Of a stretch of DNA of 34,701 bases, positions 1 through 8,626 are shown one piece after another. The translations under genes and the position numbers were made by a program. Location of the stretch: positions 1 to 34,701 of IMG/VR virus record IMGVR_UViG_3300037423_001014; one strand, given 5' to 3'. The stretch's first letter is position 1. Every line of letters begins with the position of its first letter. The stretch is from a virus. Lineage: Duplodnaviria > Caudoviricetes. Below the pieces are notes generated by a model, which worked only from the letters and a program-made list of their open reading frames with translations, had not been told where the DNA came from and searched no databases.

Positions 1-127
1 CGAACCGGCCGGGGTACAGGGCGATCTGCCAGATCCCGGCAGATCAGAGGTCTCCCGGATCAAGCCGCGTCGGGACGGGACGGGTCGGGTCGGGTCAGGT
101 CAGGACGGGAAGGGAAGCAATGCCGAT
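1..127. repeat. 127-bp terminal direct repeat (copy 1), assembly overlap of a circular genome
   Basis: 1-127 is identical to 34575-34701; the reading frame of the last gene continues across the join. Confidence 0.95.
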
Positions 128-196
128 CCACCGCCCTCCCCACCACCGCCCAAAAACATCAGGAGGACCAACCGGCAGAGGAGGCGAAAGAGGTGA
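2..196 (+). CDS. C-terminal part of the Rep/HNH protein that starts at 33835
   Basis: Frame from 33835 stays open through 34701 and continues at 128 (PPPSPPPPKNIRRTNRQRRRKR*); TGA 194-196 overlaps the GTG at 193. Confidence 0.85.
   Translation, partial: EPAGVQGDLPDPGRSEVSRIKPRRDGTGRVGSGQDGKGSNADPPPSPPPPKNIRRTNRQRRRKR
71..115 (+). repeat. Nine tandem pentamers (CGGGA/CGGGT/CAGGT/CAGGA/AGGGA)
   Basis: Read directly: CGGGA CGGGA CGGGT CGGGT CGGGT CAGGT CAGGA CGGGA AGGGA. Confidence 0.9.
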
Positions 197-819
197 AGGT
201 CCGCATCCCCGAAGGCATGAAGCTCCCCAGGAACTGGCGCTACGCCAAGCGATACCCGCTCATCATCGACGAGCACGTCAAACTCGTCCCCTACGCGCTC
301 GCGGTCAAGGCCGTCCGCTTCACCGGGTACTGCGTCGTCGACCACGGCGAACGCCTCGTGAAGGCCGGCCCGAGCTCGTGGCTCTGCGGGTCCTGCACCG
401 ACCGCATCGTCGAAGGGCTCCGAGGCATCGAACGCTCGTGGCCCGCGCTCCAGGACATGCTCTACCCGTCCAAGGGTGTCGGCGAAGTCGGATCGAAATC
501 CGTCGACCCCGCCGTCCCGCTCGAGCTCGGGACCGTGCACATCGTCGCTGAGATCGAAGTCGCCGTGCGCGGCCTCGCCTCGCAGCTCCTCGAAGACCGC
601 CCCGACCTCACCCCGACCCGCAATCAGGACGTCGGCGCGATCGCCGGGGAACTCGCACGATGGCACCTTGGCTGGATCACCGGCCACCCCAACTCATCGC
701 TGCCCGAACAGGCCGTCGCCGACATCTGGCACGCCTGGCTAACCGTCCCCAGCGAGAAACTCCCACCACCCGTGAACACATGGGTCGAAATCGCCAAGAG
801 GAGGCGAATTGGCACCTGA
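193..819 (+). CDS. Hypothetical phage protein with CxxC motif (end of early operon)
   Basis: GTGA overlap with upstream gene, AGGAGG upstream, WLCGSC motif. Confidence 0.8.
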   Translation: MKVRIPEGMKLPRNWRYAKRYPLIIDEHVKLVPYALAVKAVRFTGYCVVDHGERLVKAGPSSWLCGSCTDRIVEGLRGIERSWPALQDMLYPSKGVGEVGSKSVDPAVPLELGTVHIVAEIEVAVRGLASQLLEDRPDLTPTRNQDVGAIAGELARWHLGWITGHPNSSLPEQAVADIWHAWLTVPSEKLPPPVNTWVEIAKRRRIGT

Positions 820-1027
820 GGCATGGATCGACGCCGACAGCGTCGCCATCCTCACCGGATGGTCGAAAGGCCACATCTACCGGACCGCCCGCGCTCGCGG
901 GTGGGCCCGTCAGGGGAGCAGGCCGATCCTGTTTCGGCTCTCCGACGTCCTCGCCTCGTGCGAGGGCCACAAGGAAACGACAGTCCGCCGTCACCTGACG
1001 GCCAAATGGAACAGGAGCACACCATGA
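809..1027 (+). CDS. Small helix-turn-helix DNA-binding protein (possible late regulator)
   Basis: GGAGG RBS before TTG; DADSVAILTGWSKGHIYRTARARGW resembles a MerR/Xis-like HTH; lies just before the late region. Confidence 0.7.
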   Translation: MAPEAWIDADSVAILTGWSKGHIYRTARARGWARQGSRPILFRLSDVLASCEGHKETTVRRHLTAKWNRSTP

Positions 1028-1203
1028 TGAAGTACGCAGTCCTGAACACCGGCCGCGATCACACAGCAGTTCTCATCAAGGTCAAGAATGACGCCCCGGA
1101 AGTGCTCGGATTTGCCGAGTATGAGGCGGTCGCCGAGGGGTGCTTGATCGACATGGGCGCTCTCGCCAAGCACCTGAACTCGATTGAGGAAGATGTGCTC
1201 TAA
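1024..1203 (+). CDS. Hypothetical protein (59 aa)
   Basis: AGGAG RBS, ATGA overlap with previous stop. Confidence 0.65.
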   Translation: MMKYAVLNTGRDHTAVLIKVKNDAPEVLGFAEYEAVAEGCLIDMGALAKHLNSIEEDVL

Positions 1204-1437
1204 GTGAGCTACGTCGACGAAGACGGCGTCGCGCATCCATCCGCGACAGACGGGATATCGGCATGGGGACTTGCGCACATCGCCTGCTGCCGCGAGTGCT
1301 TCGCGCGGTACGGCGGACCCATGGTGCTGCTGAACGCTGGCATCACGGCTCCCGTAAGCCCATTGCCGCTCGATAGAATCGGCGTGCCGCCCGAGCCGAC
1401 CGGCCGAGCTCGACACAGGAAGGACGGCCCACATTGA
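1204..1437 (+). CDS. Hypothetical protein (HxxCCxxC motif)
   Basis: Abuts previous stop; GAGGA upstream. Confidence 0.55.
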   Translation: MSYVDEDGVAHPSATDGISAWGLAHIACCRECFARYGGPMVLLNAGITAPVSPLPLDRIGVPPEPTGRARHRKDGPH

Positions 1438-1727
1438 GCGGGTTCAGCGAACTCAAGGACATGTTCGAGGCCATCCTCCGCGAACACGATGACTACTACT
1501 GGGACGGCCCCGATGGGAAGATCGCAAAGTGCATGAAGTGCGATGCGCTTATCACTGATCCAGCCGACGTGAACGCCGACGCCCGCGATGCGTATGTCGG
1601 GCTCGCGTCCCATCGTGCGTCCCTCATAGTCGCCAGCCTCGAAGCCGAAACCACGGAGGAAGTGTTCGCGCCGGCCGGAAGCCACGTTCAGACGCGTCGC
1701 TGCACCGATTGGGAGCGTGAGCAGTAG
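1434..1727 (+). CDS. Hypothetical protein (CxxC motif)
   Basis: 4-nt overlap with previous gene, AAGGA upstream. Confidence 0.6.
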   Translation: MSGFSELKDMFEAILREHDDYYWDGPDGKIAKCMKCDALITDPADVNADARDAYVGLASHRASLIVASLEAETTEEVFAPAGSHVQTRRCTDWEREQ

Positions 1728-1800
1728 GGCGACACGCCGCGCAAAATCAGGCGTGCCGCCCGAAGATGCTTGACCGATGTACATTACGGAATTGATGGTG
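1728..1800 (+). promoter_or_regulatory. Putative late promoter with GACACGCC inverted repeat
   Basis: GGCGACACGCC (1728-1738) / GGCGTGCCGCC (1750-1760), 10/11 inverted match, followed by TTGACC at 1770; position at the start of the packaging/structural operon. Confidence 0.5.
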
Positions 1801-1814
1801 GCGCAGTGTCACTA

Positions 1815-1847
1815 GCGGAGGCCCGGCCGGATGGCTGGGCCTTTCGC
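1815..1847 (+). terminator. Hairpin, weak terminator-like
   Basis: AGGCCCGGCC-GGAT-GGCTGGGCCT followed by TTCG. Confidence 0.45.
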
Positions 1848-1956
1848 ATGCCTGAGCCCCAGAGTCGTGGCTGGGTGAGACCGCGACGCCGGGACGGCGC
1901 GTCCTGGTACCGAGGACGCGCCGCCCCACAATCCGACTTTGATGAAGGGACCAATC

Positions 1957-2208
1957 ATGTCTGGCAAGATCACTGCTGTCGCCCGAGTCTCCAGCCGCGA
2001 GAAGAACGAATACCAGCCAGGCGAAACCCGCCTCGCGTTCTACGCGCCATACAACGACGCCAACGGTGAGCGCATCCCAGAGAACGCCGCATGGGCCAAG
2101 TACACGCCCGCGTTCCACCTCCAGATGACGGTCCTCGATGAGGTGGCCGAGAAGTTCAAGGACGGCGTCGACTACCTTCTGACGTTCGAGCAGAAGGATG
2201 CTGGCTGA
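1957..2208 (+). CDS. Small conserved-type phage hypothetical protein
   Basis: GAAGGGA RBS before ATG 1957; ENxxWAKYTP...F..G..Y.LTF pattern. Confidence 0.8.
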   Translation: MSGKITAVARVSSREKNEYQPGETRLAFYAPYNDANGERIPENAAWAKYTPAFHLQMTVLDEVAEKFKDGVDYLLTFEQKDAG

Positions 2209-2512
2209 GTACGACCGCAAACGTGGCCGCAATGGCAGGCCATGGCAGCGGATCGTGCGCTCGATCCTCGTGCCCGGTGTGTGCTGCGCGTGGTGTGGTG
2301 CAGAGATAGATACCACACTGCCGAGGTCGAGCAGGTGGTCAGGCACAGTGGACCACATCATCGCGCTCGCGGATGGTGGTCACCCGACCGACCGTGCCAA
2401 CCTGCAGCCCATGCACCGCTCGTGCAACAGCCGCAAGGAGGCGGCACGCCGGGCAGGCAGGGCAGCAGAGGCGCGGCAGGCTGGCCGCTCGCGCTCGTCG
2501 AGGCGATGGTGA
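2198..2512 (+). CDS. HNH endonuclease (packaging-associated)
   Basis: CAWCG...TVDHII...GG...NLQPMHRSCNSRK motif upstream of the terminase genes. Confidence 0.93.
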   Translation: MLAEYDRKRGRNGRPWQRIVRSILVPGVCCAWCGAEIDTTLPRSSRWSGTVDHIIALADGGHPTDRANLQPMHRSCNSRKEAARRAGRAAEARQAGRSRSSRRW

Positions 2513-2709
2513 CCGGTCGGAGGGTGTATTCGTGCCCCTGCCAATGGGGGCGGGGGTGGGAGGTCCCAGCCCACGCCGGAAAACGCGCCGACTTTTTTAG
2601 GAAACGGGCCAGGCGGAAGACCCCGCCGGTCAACCATTTTTTATCTCATGCGGAATTTCTCTGGATGGGCCCTTTTTGCAAGGGAATTCCCCGAGGGCAG
2701 GAGGCGGAA
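2513..2709. other. Probable cos/packaging-initiation region
   Basis: Non-coding gap between HNH and small terminase with G-runs and T-tracts, where HK97-like phages have cohesive ends; exact site not determinable. Confidence 0.5.
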
Positions 2710-3210
2710 ATGGCGTGGGACGGCGTAATTCGGCATAACCCGAAGAAGGGTCCGAGCCTGGGCGGCTACCGACAGGGCTGCCGCTGCACAGGCTGCCGGA
2801 AGCTCAAGCGCGACGACAACGCGTCATACAGGGCGGAGAAGAAGCGCAAGGATGCTCAGGAGGCACTGGCCGGGCTCCTGCCCGAGGCCGACCTCGCGCA
2901 GGACGATGGCGGCCGTCTCGATGTTGACTGGTCAATGCCGCCCGGCCCGATCGAGGCTGCGCTTGCTGCCGACCTCGCGGAGATGAAACTCGCGGACCCG
3001 CCTTTCGAGAAGGCTCTGATCGTGCTGGCGAAATATGACGCCCGGGTGCTCGACCAGATCCCCAGAATTCAGCGTCTCGAATTGATTAGCGGAATGCAGT
3101 CGCGTCTTTTCAATGTCTTCGATCGGCTCCGTCGCGTCAATGCGCCGGTGAACGCCGCAGATGGCGCGGAGGCGTTCCTGCGCTCGCTGTCCGATGCGGG
3201 AGATGAATGA
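2710..3210 (+). CDS. Terminase small subunit (N-terminal CRCxxCR motif)
   Basis: AGGAGG RBS before ATG 2710; directly upstream of and overlapping the large subunit. Confidence 0.75.
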   Translation: MAWDGVIRHNPKKGPSLGGYRQGCRCTGCRKLKRDDNASYRAEKKRKDAQEALAGLLPEADLAQDDGGRLDVDWSMPPGPIEAALAADLAEMKLADPPFEKALIVLAKYDARVLDQIPRIQRLELISGMQSRLFNVFDRLRRVNAPVNAADGAEAFLRSLSDAGDE

Positions 3211-4639
3211 CGGGCACAACCCGCCGCCGCGCTGGGGCACTCCGCGGACCCCGTCCCGGAAGACGCTCGGTCCCGCGGTGGGCAAGGTCATGTCGGCTTT
3301 CGGGAACCCCCCGATGCCCTGGCAGCGGGACTTCCTCGGAGTGGCTTGCGAGATAGACCCGACGACGGGCCTCTACTGGTACACGAAGGTGATCCTGATC
3401 CTGCCGCGCCAGGGAGGGAAGACCTCGACGTCGCGCGGGAAGCTGACGCACCGGGCGCTGACGACCAAGAACGGCCGCCTCCTGTACACAGCCCAGGACC
3501 GGAACAAGGCGCTCAAGCGCCTCGAGGAGAACTTCTACCTGCCGACCAAGGAATCGCCCCTGGCGCAGTTCATGGGCCGGCCGCGGTGGAAGACAGGCTC
3601 CGAAGCGCTGCGGTACGTGAACGGCGCGAAGCTCTCGATTGACGCGGTCTCGAAGAAGACCGGTCACGGCGACACGCTCCACGAGGCGCACCTCGACGAA
3701 GCGTACGCGCACCGGGACAACACGATCGAGGGCGGCATCGGCCCGACGATGGCGACTGTCCCAGGCGCCCAGAGGTGGGTGACCTCGGCCGCGGGGAACC
3801 TCGAATCGCTGTACCTGATGGCGCAGCGGGACATGGGCCGGGCGCTCGTCGACTCCGGCGTCGAGTCGCGGACACTGTACTGGGAGTTCAGTGCCGCTGA
3901 GGACGCCGACCCGGACGACCCGGAGACGGCGCTCAGCGCCCATCCGGCGATCGGCCACACCATCAGCCTCGACTTCGTCATGAACGAGCTCCAGACCGAC
4001 CCGGACCCCGCCGAGGTGCGCCGCGCGTATCTCGGGTGGTGGCCGAGTCCGAAGGCGCCGCCGGCGGTCATCCCCGACGCGGCGTGGCGAGCCTGCTACG
4101 CGCCTGACCCTGAGGACTGCTGGGATGGGACGCCGCTGTGGACGGTCGACGTCGCGCTGGAGCGTGACTGGACCTCGATCGGGGCAGCAGGGAAAGCCAC
4201 GGACCCCGAGGCGCGTTGCTTCGTCGAGCTCGTCCACCGCGAGGAGGGCACCGAGTGGGCAGTCTCCAAGCTCACCCGGCTCGCCGAGAAGCATGGCGGC
4301 TGGAAGGTGGCCCTCGATGCCGGCGGCGGAGCGGCCTCGCTCATCCCGGACCTTGAGGACGCCGGTTTCGAGGTCGTGAAGATGCCAGCGGCGCAGCGTG
4401 CGGCAGCGTGCACAGGGTTCTACGACGACGCGCTCGCAGGCGCGCTGCGGACGATGGAGAACACCGACGTGACCGAGGCGCGCAAGAGCGCCGCGAAGCT
4501 GCGCTCGGGCGAGTCGTGGGTGTTCTCCCGCGGCAAGTCCATGCAGGACATCACGGCGCTGTACGCGCTCATCGTCGCCCGCTGGGCGTGGATCGAGACC
4601 CGTGAGGCCGATTACGACATCTTGCAGAGCTTCTACTGA
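3203..4639 (+). CDS. terL: Terminase large subunit
   Basis: Walker A ILPRQGGKT, Walker B AHLDEA, coupling motif TSAAG, C-terminal nuclease-type acidic residues (VDVA, DITALYA). Confidence 0.95.
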   Translation: MNDGHNPPPRWGTPRTPSRKTLGPAVGKVMSAFGNPPMPWQRDFLGVACEIDPTTGLYWYTKVILILPRQGGKTSTSRGKLTHRALTTKNGRLLYTAQDRNKALKRLEENFYLPTKESPLAQFMGRPRWKTGSEALRYVNGAKLSIDAVSKKTGHGDTLHEAHLDEAYAHRDNTIEGGIGPTMATVPGAQRWVTSAAGNLESLYLMAQRDMGRALVDSGVESRTLYWEFSAAEDADPDDPETALSAHPAIGHTISLDFVMNELQTDPDPAEVRRAYLGWWPSPKAPPAVIPDAAWRACYAPDPEDCWDGTPLWTVDVALERDWTSIGAAGKATDPEARCFVELVHREEGTEWAVSKLTRLAEKHGGWKVALDAGGGAASLIPDLEDAGFEVVKMPAAQRAAACTGFYDDALAGALRTMENTDVTEARKSAAKLRSGESWVFSRGKSMQDITALYALIVARWAWIETREADYDILQSFY

Positions 4640-4650
4640 AAGGCGGCCAC

Positions 4651-4809
4651 GTGCGTCTGTCCACAGTCCTCGACCTCGTCGGCTGCCTCTCCCTGCTGGC
4701 CGGGATCGTGCTGTTCGTCGCGCAGTGGACCATCCCAGGTGCGCTCGGAGTGTCGGGAGCAGGCCTGCTGGCCCTCTCGTGGCTGGTCGACAGGAAGGGG
4801 AAGCGATGA
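4651..4809 (+). CDS. Small two-TM membrane protein (52 aa), absent from ORF track
   Basis: GTG 4651 after GAAAGG; MRLSTVLDLVGCLSLLAGIVLFVAQWTIPGALGVSGAGLLALSWLVDRKGKR; stop overlaps portal ATG. Confidence 0.75.
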   Translation: MRLSTVLDLVGCLSLLAGIVLFVAQWTIPGALGVSGAGLLALSWLVDRKGKR

Positions 4810-6032
4810 GCCTCTTCCGTAAGCGCGACGCCGGCCCGGCGGTGATCCCGATCTGGCAGGGGCTTCCGATGAGGATGCCCCGCCGTGCGGGCAGCGTGGA
4901 CGTCACGAAGGACACCAGCCTGACGCACTCGGCGGTCTGGGCGGCTCAGACGCTGCGCGCCGACCTCATCTCGACGATGCCGCTGATCGTGTGGCGGAAG
5001 ATGCCGGACGGCCTCGAGGTCACAGTGCCCCCGTCAGGGGTCCTCCAGGAGCCCTCGGAGCATGCGCCGGGGCAGCCGATTGACATGACGGAGTGGCTGT
5101 ACTCCTCGCAGATGGACCTCGACAGCACCGGAAACGCCTTCGGGATCGTGACCGAGCGGGACTCCATGGGGATCCCTTCGCAGATCGACCTCGTCGCGGC
5201 GGATACCGTCACGGTCTCCGTCCGGAACAGCCGCATCCAGAGCTACAAGATCGGCAAGGACACCTACAGCCCGGCGGACGTCTGGCACGAGCGCCAGTAC
5301 ACGGTCCCCGGCATCCACGTGGGGCTCTCGCCTGTCACGTACGCAGCGCGCGGGATCGGGGCGAGCCTATCGGCCCAGCAGTTCGCGCTCGACTGGTTCG
5401 GCAACGGCGCAGTGCCCTCGGCGATCCTGAAGAACAAGGACCGGACGCTCCAGCAGGGCGAGGCGACCGCGATCAAGAAGCAGTTCCAGGCGACGCTGGC
5501 CAGCGGCGAGGTGTTCGTCTCGGGCAAGGACTGGGACTACCAGATGGTCTCGGCGAAGGCGGCCGAGGCTGAGTTCCTGACGACGATGGAGTTCAGCATC
5601 GTCGAGGTCGCGCGCTGGTTCGGAGTCCCGTCCGACATGATCGACGGGCCGAGCAAGGGCTCCTCGATCACGTACGCGAACATCACGCAGCGGAATCTCC
5701 AGTTCCTCATCACGAAGCTCGGGCCGGCCGTTCGCCGCCGTGAGGCCGCGCTGACGAGGCTCACGCCGAAGCCACGACGGGTGGCCCTGGACACCGAGAG
5801 CCTGCTCCGGATGGATCCGCAGACCCTCGCGACCGTCATCAATACTCGGGCCCTCGCGCGGAACCTGACCCCGGACGAGGCCCGCGCTCAGTACTACAAC
5901 CTGCCGCCGCTGACCGAGGCACAGAAGGCCGACTTCAAGTCGCTCTTCATGAAGACGACCGACGCCATCAAGCAGGAAGGCCCGGCCCCGGATGGGTCCG
6001 ATCTCGCAACCGACGAAGAGGTGGAACCGTGA
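4806..6032 (+). CDS. Portal protein (HK97 type)
   Basis: MSLF start; GNAF, GLSPV, FGNGAVPSAIL, VARWFGVP, TPDEAR motifs. Confidence 0.95.
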   Translation: MSLFRKRDAGPAVIPIWQGLPMRMPRRAGSVDVTKDTSLTHSAVWAAQTLRADLISTMPLIVWRKMPDGLEVTVPPSGVLQEPSEHAPGQPIDMTEWLYSSQMDLDSTGNAFGIVTERDSMGIPSQIDLVAADTVTVSVRNSRIQSYKIGKDTYSPADVWHERQYTVPGIHVGLSPVTYAARGIGASLSAQQFALDWFGNGAVPSAILKNKDRTLQQGEATAIKKQFQATLASGEVFVSGKDWDYQMVSAKAAEAEFLTTMEFSIVEVARWFGVPSDMIDGPSKGSSITYANITQRNLQFLITKLGPAVRRREAALTRLTPKPRRVALDTESLLRMDPQTLATVINTRALARNLTPDEARAQYYNLPPLTEAQKADFKSLFMKTTDAIKQEGPAPDGSDLATDEEVEP

Positions 6033-6730
6033 TGAACCGCAGTGAAGCAGCCGAGGCGCGCAGCCAGGCTCTCTCCGAGTTGCGCACTTCACGGTCCAGT
6101 CGCCCATCGCAGCGCCGGTCCACCGCGGAGCCGGGCACGGGCGCACGCGTCTCGGTGCGCCTGCAGGGGCTCAGGCTAGAGCGCTCGCAGGGCGACTCCG
6201 GGCCGCTGGTTTTCGAGGGCTACGCGTCGGTCACCGAGTCCCCGTACCAGATGTATGACTTCTTCGGCCCTTACGACGAGCTCGTCAGTCAGGGGGCCTT
6301 CGGCGCAACTCTCGCCCGTGCGGACCTCGACGTCCCGTTCGTCCTTCAGCACGACGACCTGCGCCGGATGGCAAGGACCACGAACGGCAGTCTCCAGCTG
6401 CGGGAGGACGACCACGGGCTCAACGTCCGCGCTGAGCTCGACCCGGACGACGCCGACGTGGCGTACATCGCGCCGAAGCTCCGCTCGGGCCTCATCGACG
6501 AGATGAGCTTCAAGTTCCGTATCGACTCCGGCCAATGGTCCCCGGATTACACGGAGTACCGGATCAACGCAGTCGATATCCACCGTGGTGACGTCTCGAT
6601 CGTCGCCTACGGTGCCAACCCGGCAACCAAGGGCTCGGGCCTCGCCGACAGCAGCTCGGCGAAGGAGCTCTCGGCCCGCTCCAAGAAGTACCTCGAGCCA
6701 GACCCGAGGGAAAAGCGCCGCTCGATCTAG
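6029..6730 (+). CDS. Capsid maturation (prohead) protease, HK97 type
   Basis: FEGYASV, HD..RMART, L.LREDDHGL, EMSFKF, DVSIVAYGANPAT motifs. Confidence 0.93.
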   Translation: MMNRSEAAEARSQALSELRTSRSSRPSQRRSTAEPGTGARVSVRLQGLRLERSQGDSGPLVFEGYASVTESPYQMYDFFGPYDELVSQGAFGATLARADLDVPFVLQHDDLRRMARTTNGSLQLREDDHGLNVRAELDPDDADVAYIAPKLRSGLIDEMSFKFRIDSGQWSPDYTEYRINAVDIHRGDVSIVAYGANPATKGSGLADSSSAKELSARSKKYLEPDPREKRRSI

Positions 6731-6847
6731 ACGAGCGGCACGGCACGAAGACACGTCACTCACGCCCCACGCCACGAGCCTCGGGCCTCACACCTCTTCT
6801 GAGTGCCTTTCAGGAAACCGATCGTTCCCAGAAAGGACAGGTCAGCC

Positions 6848-8296
6848 ATGACCATCGAACAGCTCATCGAACGTGTCCGCGCAGAACGCGCCGGCAAGCT
6901 CGCAGCCCGCAACGCCGCATCCGACCAGCTCCGCGAGCTCCGCGGCGCAGACACCCCGGATGACGCCCGGATCGCAGAGGTCCGCGCCAGCATCGACTCC
7001 CTCGACGCCGAGATCGACACGCTCTCCGAGCGCGTCCGCGGCTACGAGGCCGAGCTTGAGCGCGACCAGGCTGCTCTCCGGCTCTCGGCTGAGACCGCCC
7101 CCTCCGCCGCGCGCGGCTCCTACGACTCGGTCATCCGCACCGGGGACACGAAGGAGCCGCGCACCTACACGCAGCGCTCCAACGTCAACGAGGGCGTGTC
7201 GTTCTTCTCCGACGCGTACAAGCACTCGCTCCGCGGCGACGCCCGCGCGACCGAGCGCATCATGCGCCACGCGAAGGAGGTCGAGGTCCATCAGGAGATG
7301 ACCGAGCGTGCCACGAACACCGGCACCTTCGCCGGCCTCGTCGTCCCGCAGTACCTCATCAACCTCGCGGCCCCGGCGCTCGCGAACGGCCGCCCGCTGG
7401 CGAACAACGTCCAGCGCCTGCAGATCCCCGAGCAGGGCATGTCGTTCACCATCCCGCGCGGCACGACTGCCGCGTCGGCCGATGTTCAGGCGACGGAGAA
7501 CTCGAACGTCTCCTCGACTGACGAGGCGTGGGCCAACCTGACCGTCAACGTGGTCACGATCGCGGGCCAGCAGGACGTCTCCCGGCAGTCGCTCGAGCGC
7601 GGCTCCGGGGTCGACTCGCTGATCTACCTCGACCTCGTCAAGCGGTACGCCGCGAGGCTCGACCTGCAGATCATCAACGGCTCGGGCGCCTCCGGGCAGG
7701 CGCTCGGCATCCTGAACACGGCGGGCATCGGCGCGGCCACTGCGTTCGGCGCGGCGGCGACGGCCGTGAACTTCAACCTGAAGGTCGCGGGCGCCAACAC
7801 GAACGTCTACAGCGCCGGCGACAGCCTCGCGCCGGAATTCCTCGTGATGCACCCGCGCCGCTGGGGCTGGCTGACCGGCCTCGTCGACTCGTCGAACCGC
7901 CCGATCGTCCAGGCCAACACTTCGGTGGCTCAGAACCCGATCGCGGTCGGAGCCCAGGGCGGCTCCGAGGACTTCGCATCCTCGACCTCCCCGTTCGTGG
8001 GCGTGCACAGCTCGGGCCTGCCAGTCCTGCTGGACCGCAACATCCCGACGACCGTCGGCACGAACTCCGAGGACGTCGTCCTCTCGGTCGACGCCGACGA
8101 GCTCCTGCTCTGGGAGGACGGCGACGGCATGCCGCGCGAGCTCTCCTTCGAGCAGACCACGGGCGGCTCGCTGACCACGAAGCTCGTGGTCTACGGCTAC
8201 ATCGCCTTCACCGCGGGCCGCTACCCGCAGGCCGTGTCGAAGATCGGCGGCCTCGACGCCACCGCCGGTCAGGGCCTCATCGCCCCGACCTTCTGA
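6848..8296 (+). CDS. Major capsid protein (HK97 fold, N-terminal coiled-coil delta domain)
   Basis: GAAAGGA RBS; helical N-terminus, GLVVPQY, VSRQSLE, IINGSG...GIL, MHPRRW, GLPV motifs. Confidence 0.95.
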   Translation: MTIEQLIERVRAERAGKLAARNAASDQLRELRGADTPDDARIAEVRASIDSLDAEIDTLSERVRGYEAELERDQAALRLSAETAPSAARGSYDSVIRTGDTKEPRTYTQRSNVNEGVSFFSDAYKHSLRGDARATERIMRHAKEVEVHQEMTERATNTGTFAGLVVPQYLINLAAPALANGRPLANNVQRLQIPEQGMSFTIPRGTTAASADVQATENSNVSSTDEAWANLTVNVVTIAGQQDVSRQSLERGSGVDSLIYLDLVKRYAARLDLQIINGSGASGQALGILNTAGIGAATAFGAAATAVNFNLKVAGANTNVYSAGDSLAPEFLVMHPRRWGWLTGLVDSSNRPIVQANTSVAQNPIAVGAQGGSEDFASSTSPFVGVHSSGLPVLLDRNIPTTVGTNSEDVVLSVDADELLLWEDGDGMPRELSFEQTTGGSLTTKLVVYGYIAFTAGRYPQAVSKIGGLDATAGQGLIAPTF

Positions 8297-8302
8297 TAGG
8301 AC

Positions 8303-8340
8303 CCGCTCCCCGCCGCGATGGTCCCCGCGGCGGGGAGCGG
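8303..8340 (+). terminator. 15-bp perfect GC hairpin after capsid gene (no U-tract)
   Basis: CCGCTCCCCGCCGCG / CGCGGCGGGGAGCGG. Confidence 0.6.
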
Positions 8341-8386
8341 ACCCCACCTCTCACCGACGGGACCCGACTGAGAGAAGGGAACCACC

Positions 8387-8623
8387 ATGGACGACGAACT
8401 CAAGGACAACTACCGCGCCCTCCACGAAGCCGGAGAGTCCTGGGAGAACATCGCCAAGCGAATCGACGCTGTCGGCGACACCAGCACGGCGGCATGGCTG
8501 CGCTCGCAGGCCGCAGGCGACGGAGAGGTCCAGCAGGACGAGGCCCCGAAGGGTCGCTCCGGCAAGGGCTCGCTGTCGACGGCTGCCGCCGAGGGCGCTC
8601 CCGCAGAGAAGGCGGAGGCGTAG
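8387..8623 (+). CDS. Small hypothetical virion-region protein
   Basis: GAAGGGA RBS; between capsid and adaptor. Confidence 0.75.
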   Translation: MDDELKDNYRALHEAGESWENIAKRIDAVGDTSTAAWLRSQAAGDGEVQQDEAPKGRSGKGSLSTAAAEGAPAEKAEA

Positions 8624-8626
8624 CCG

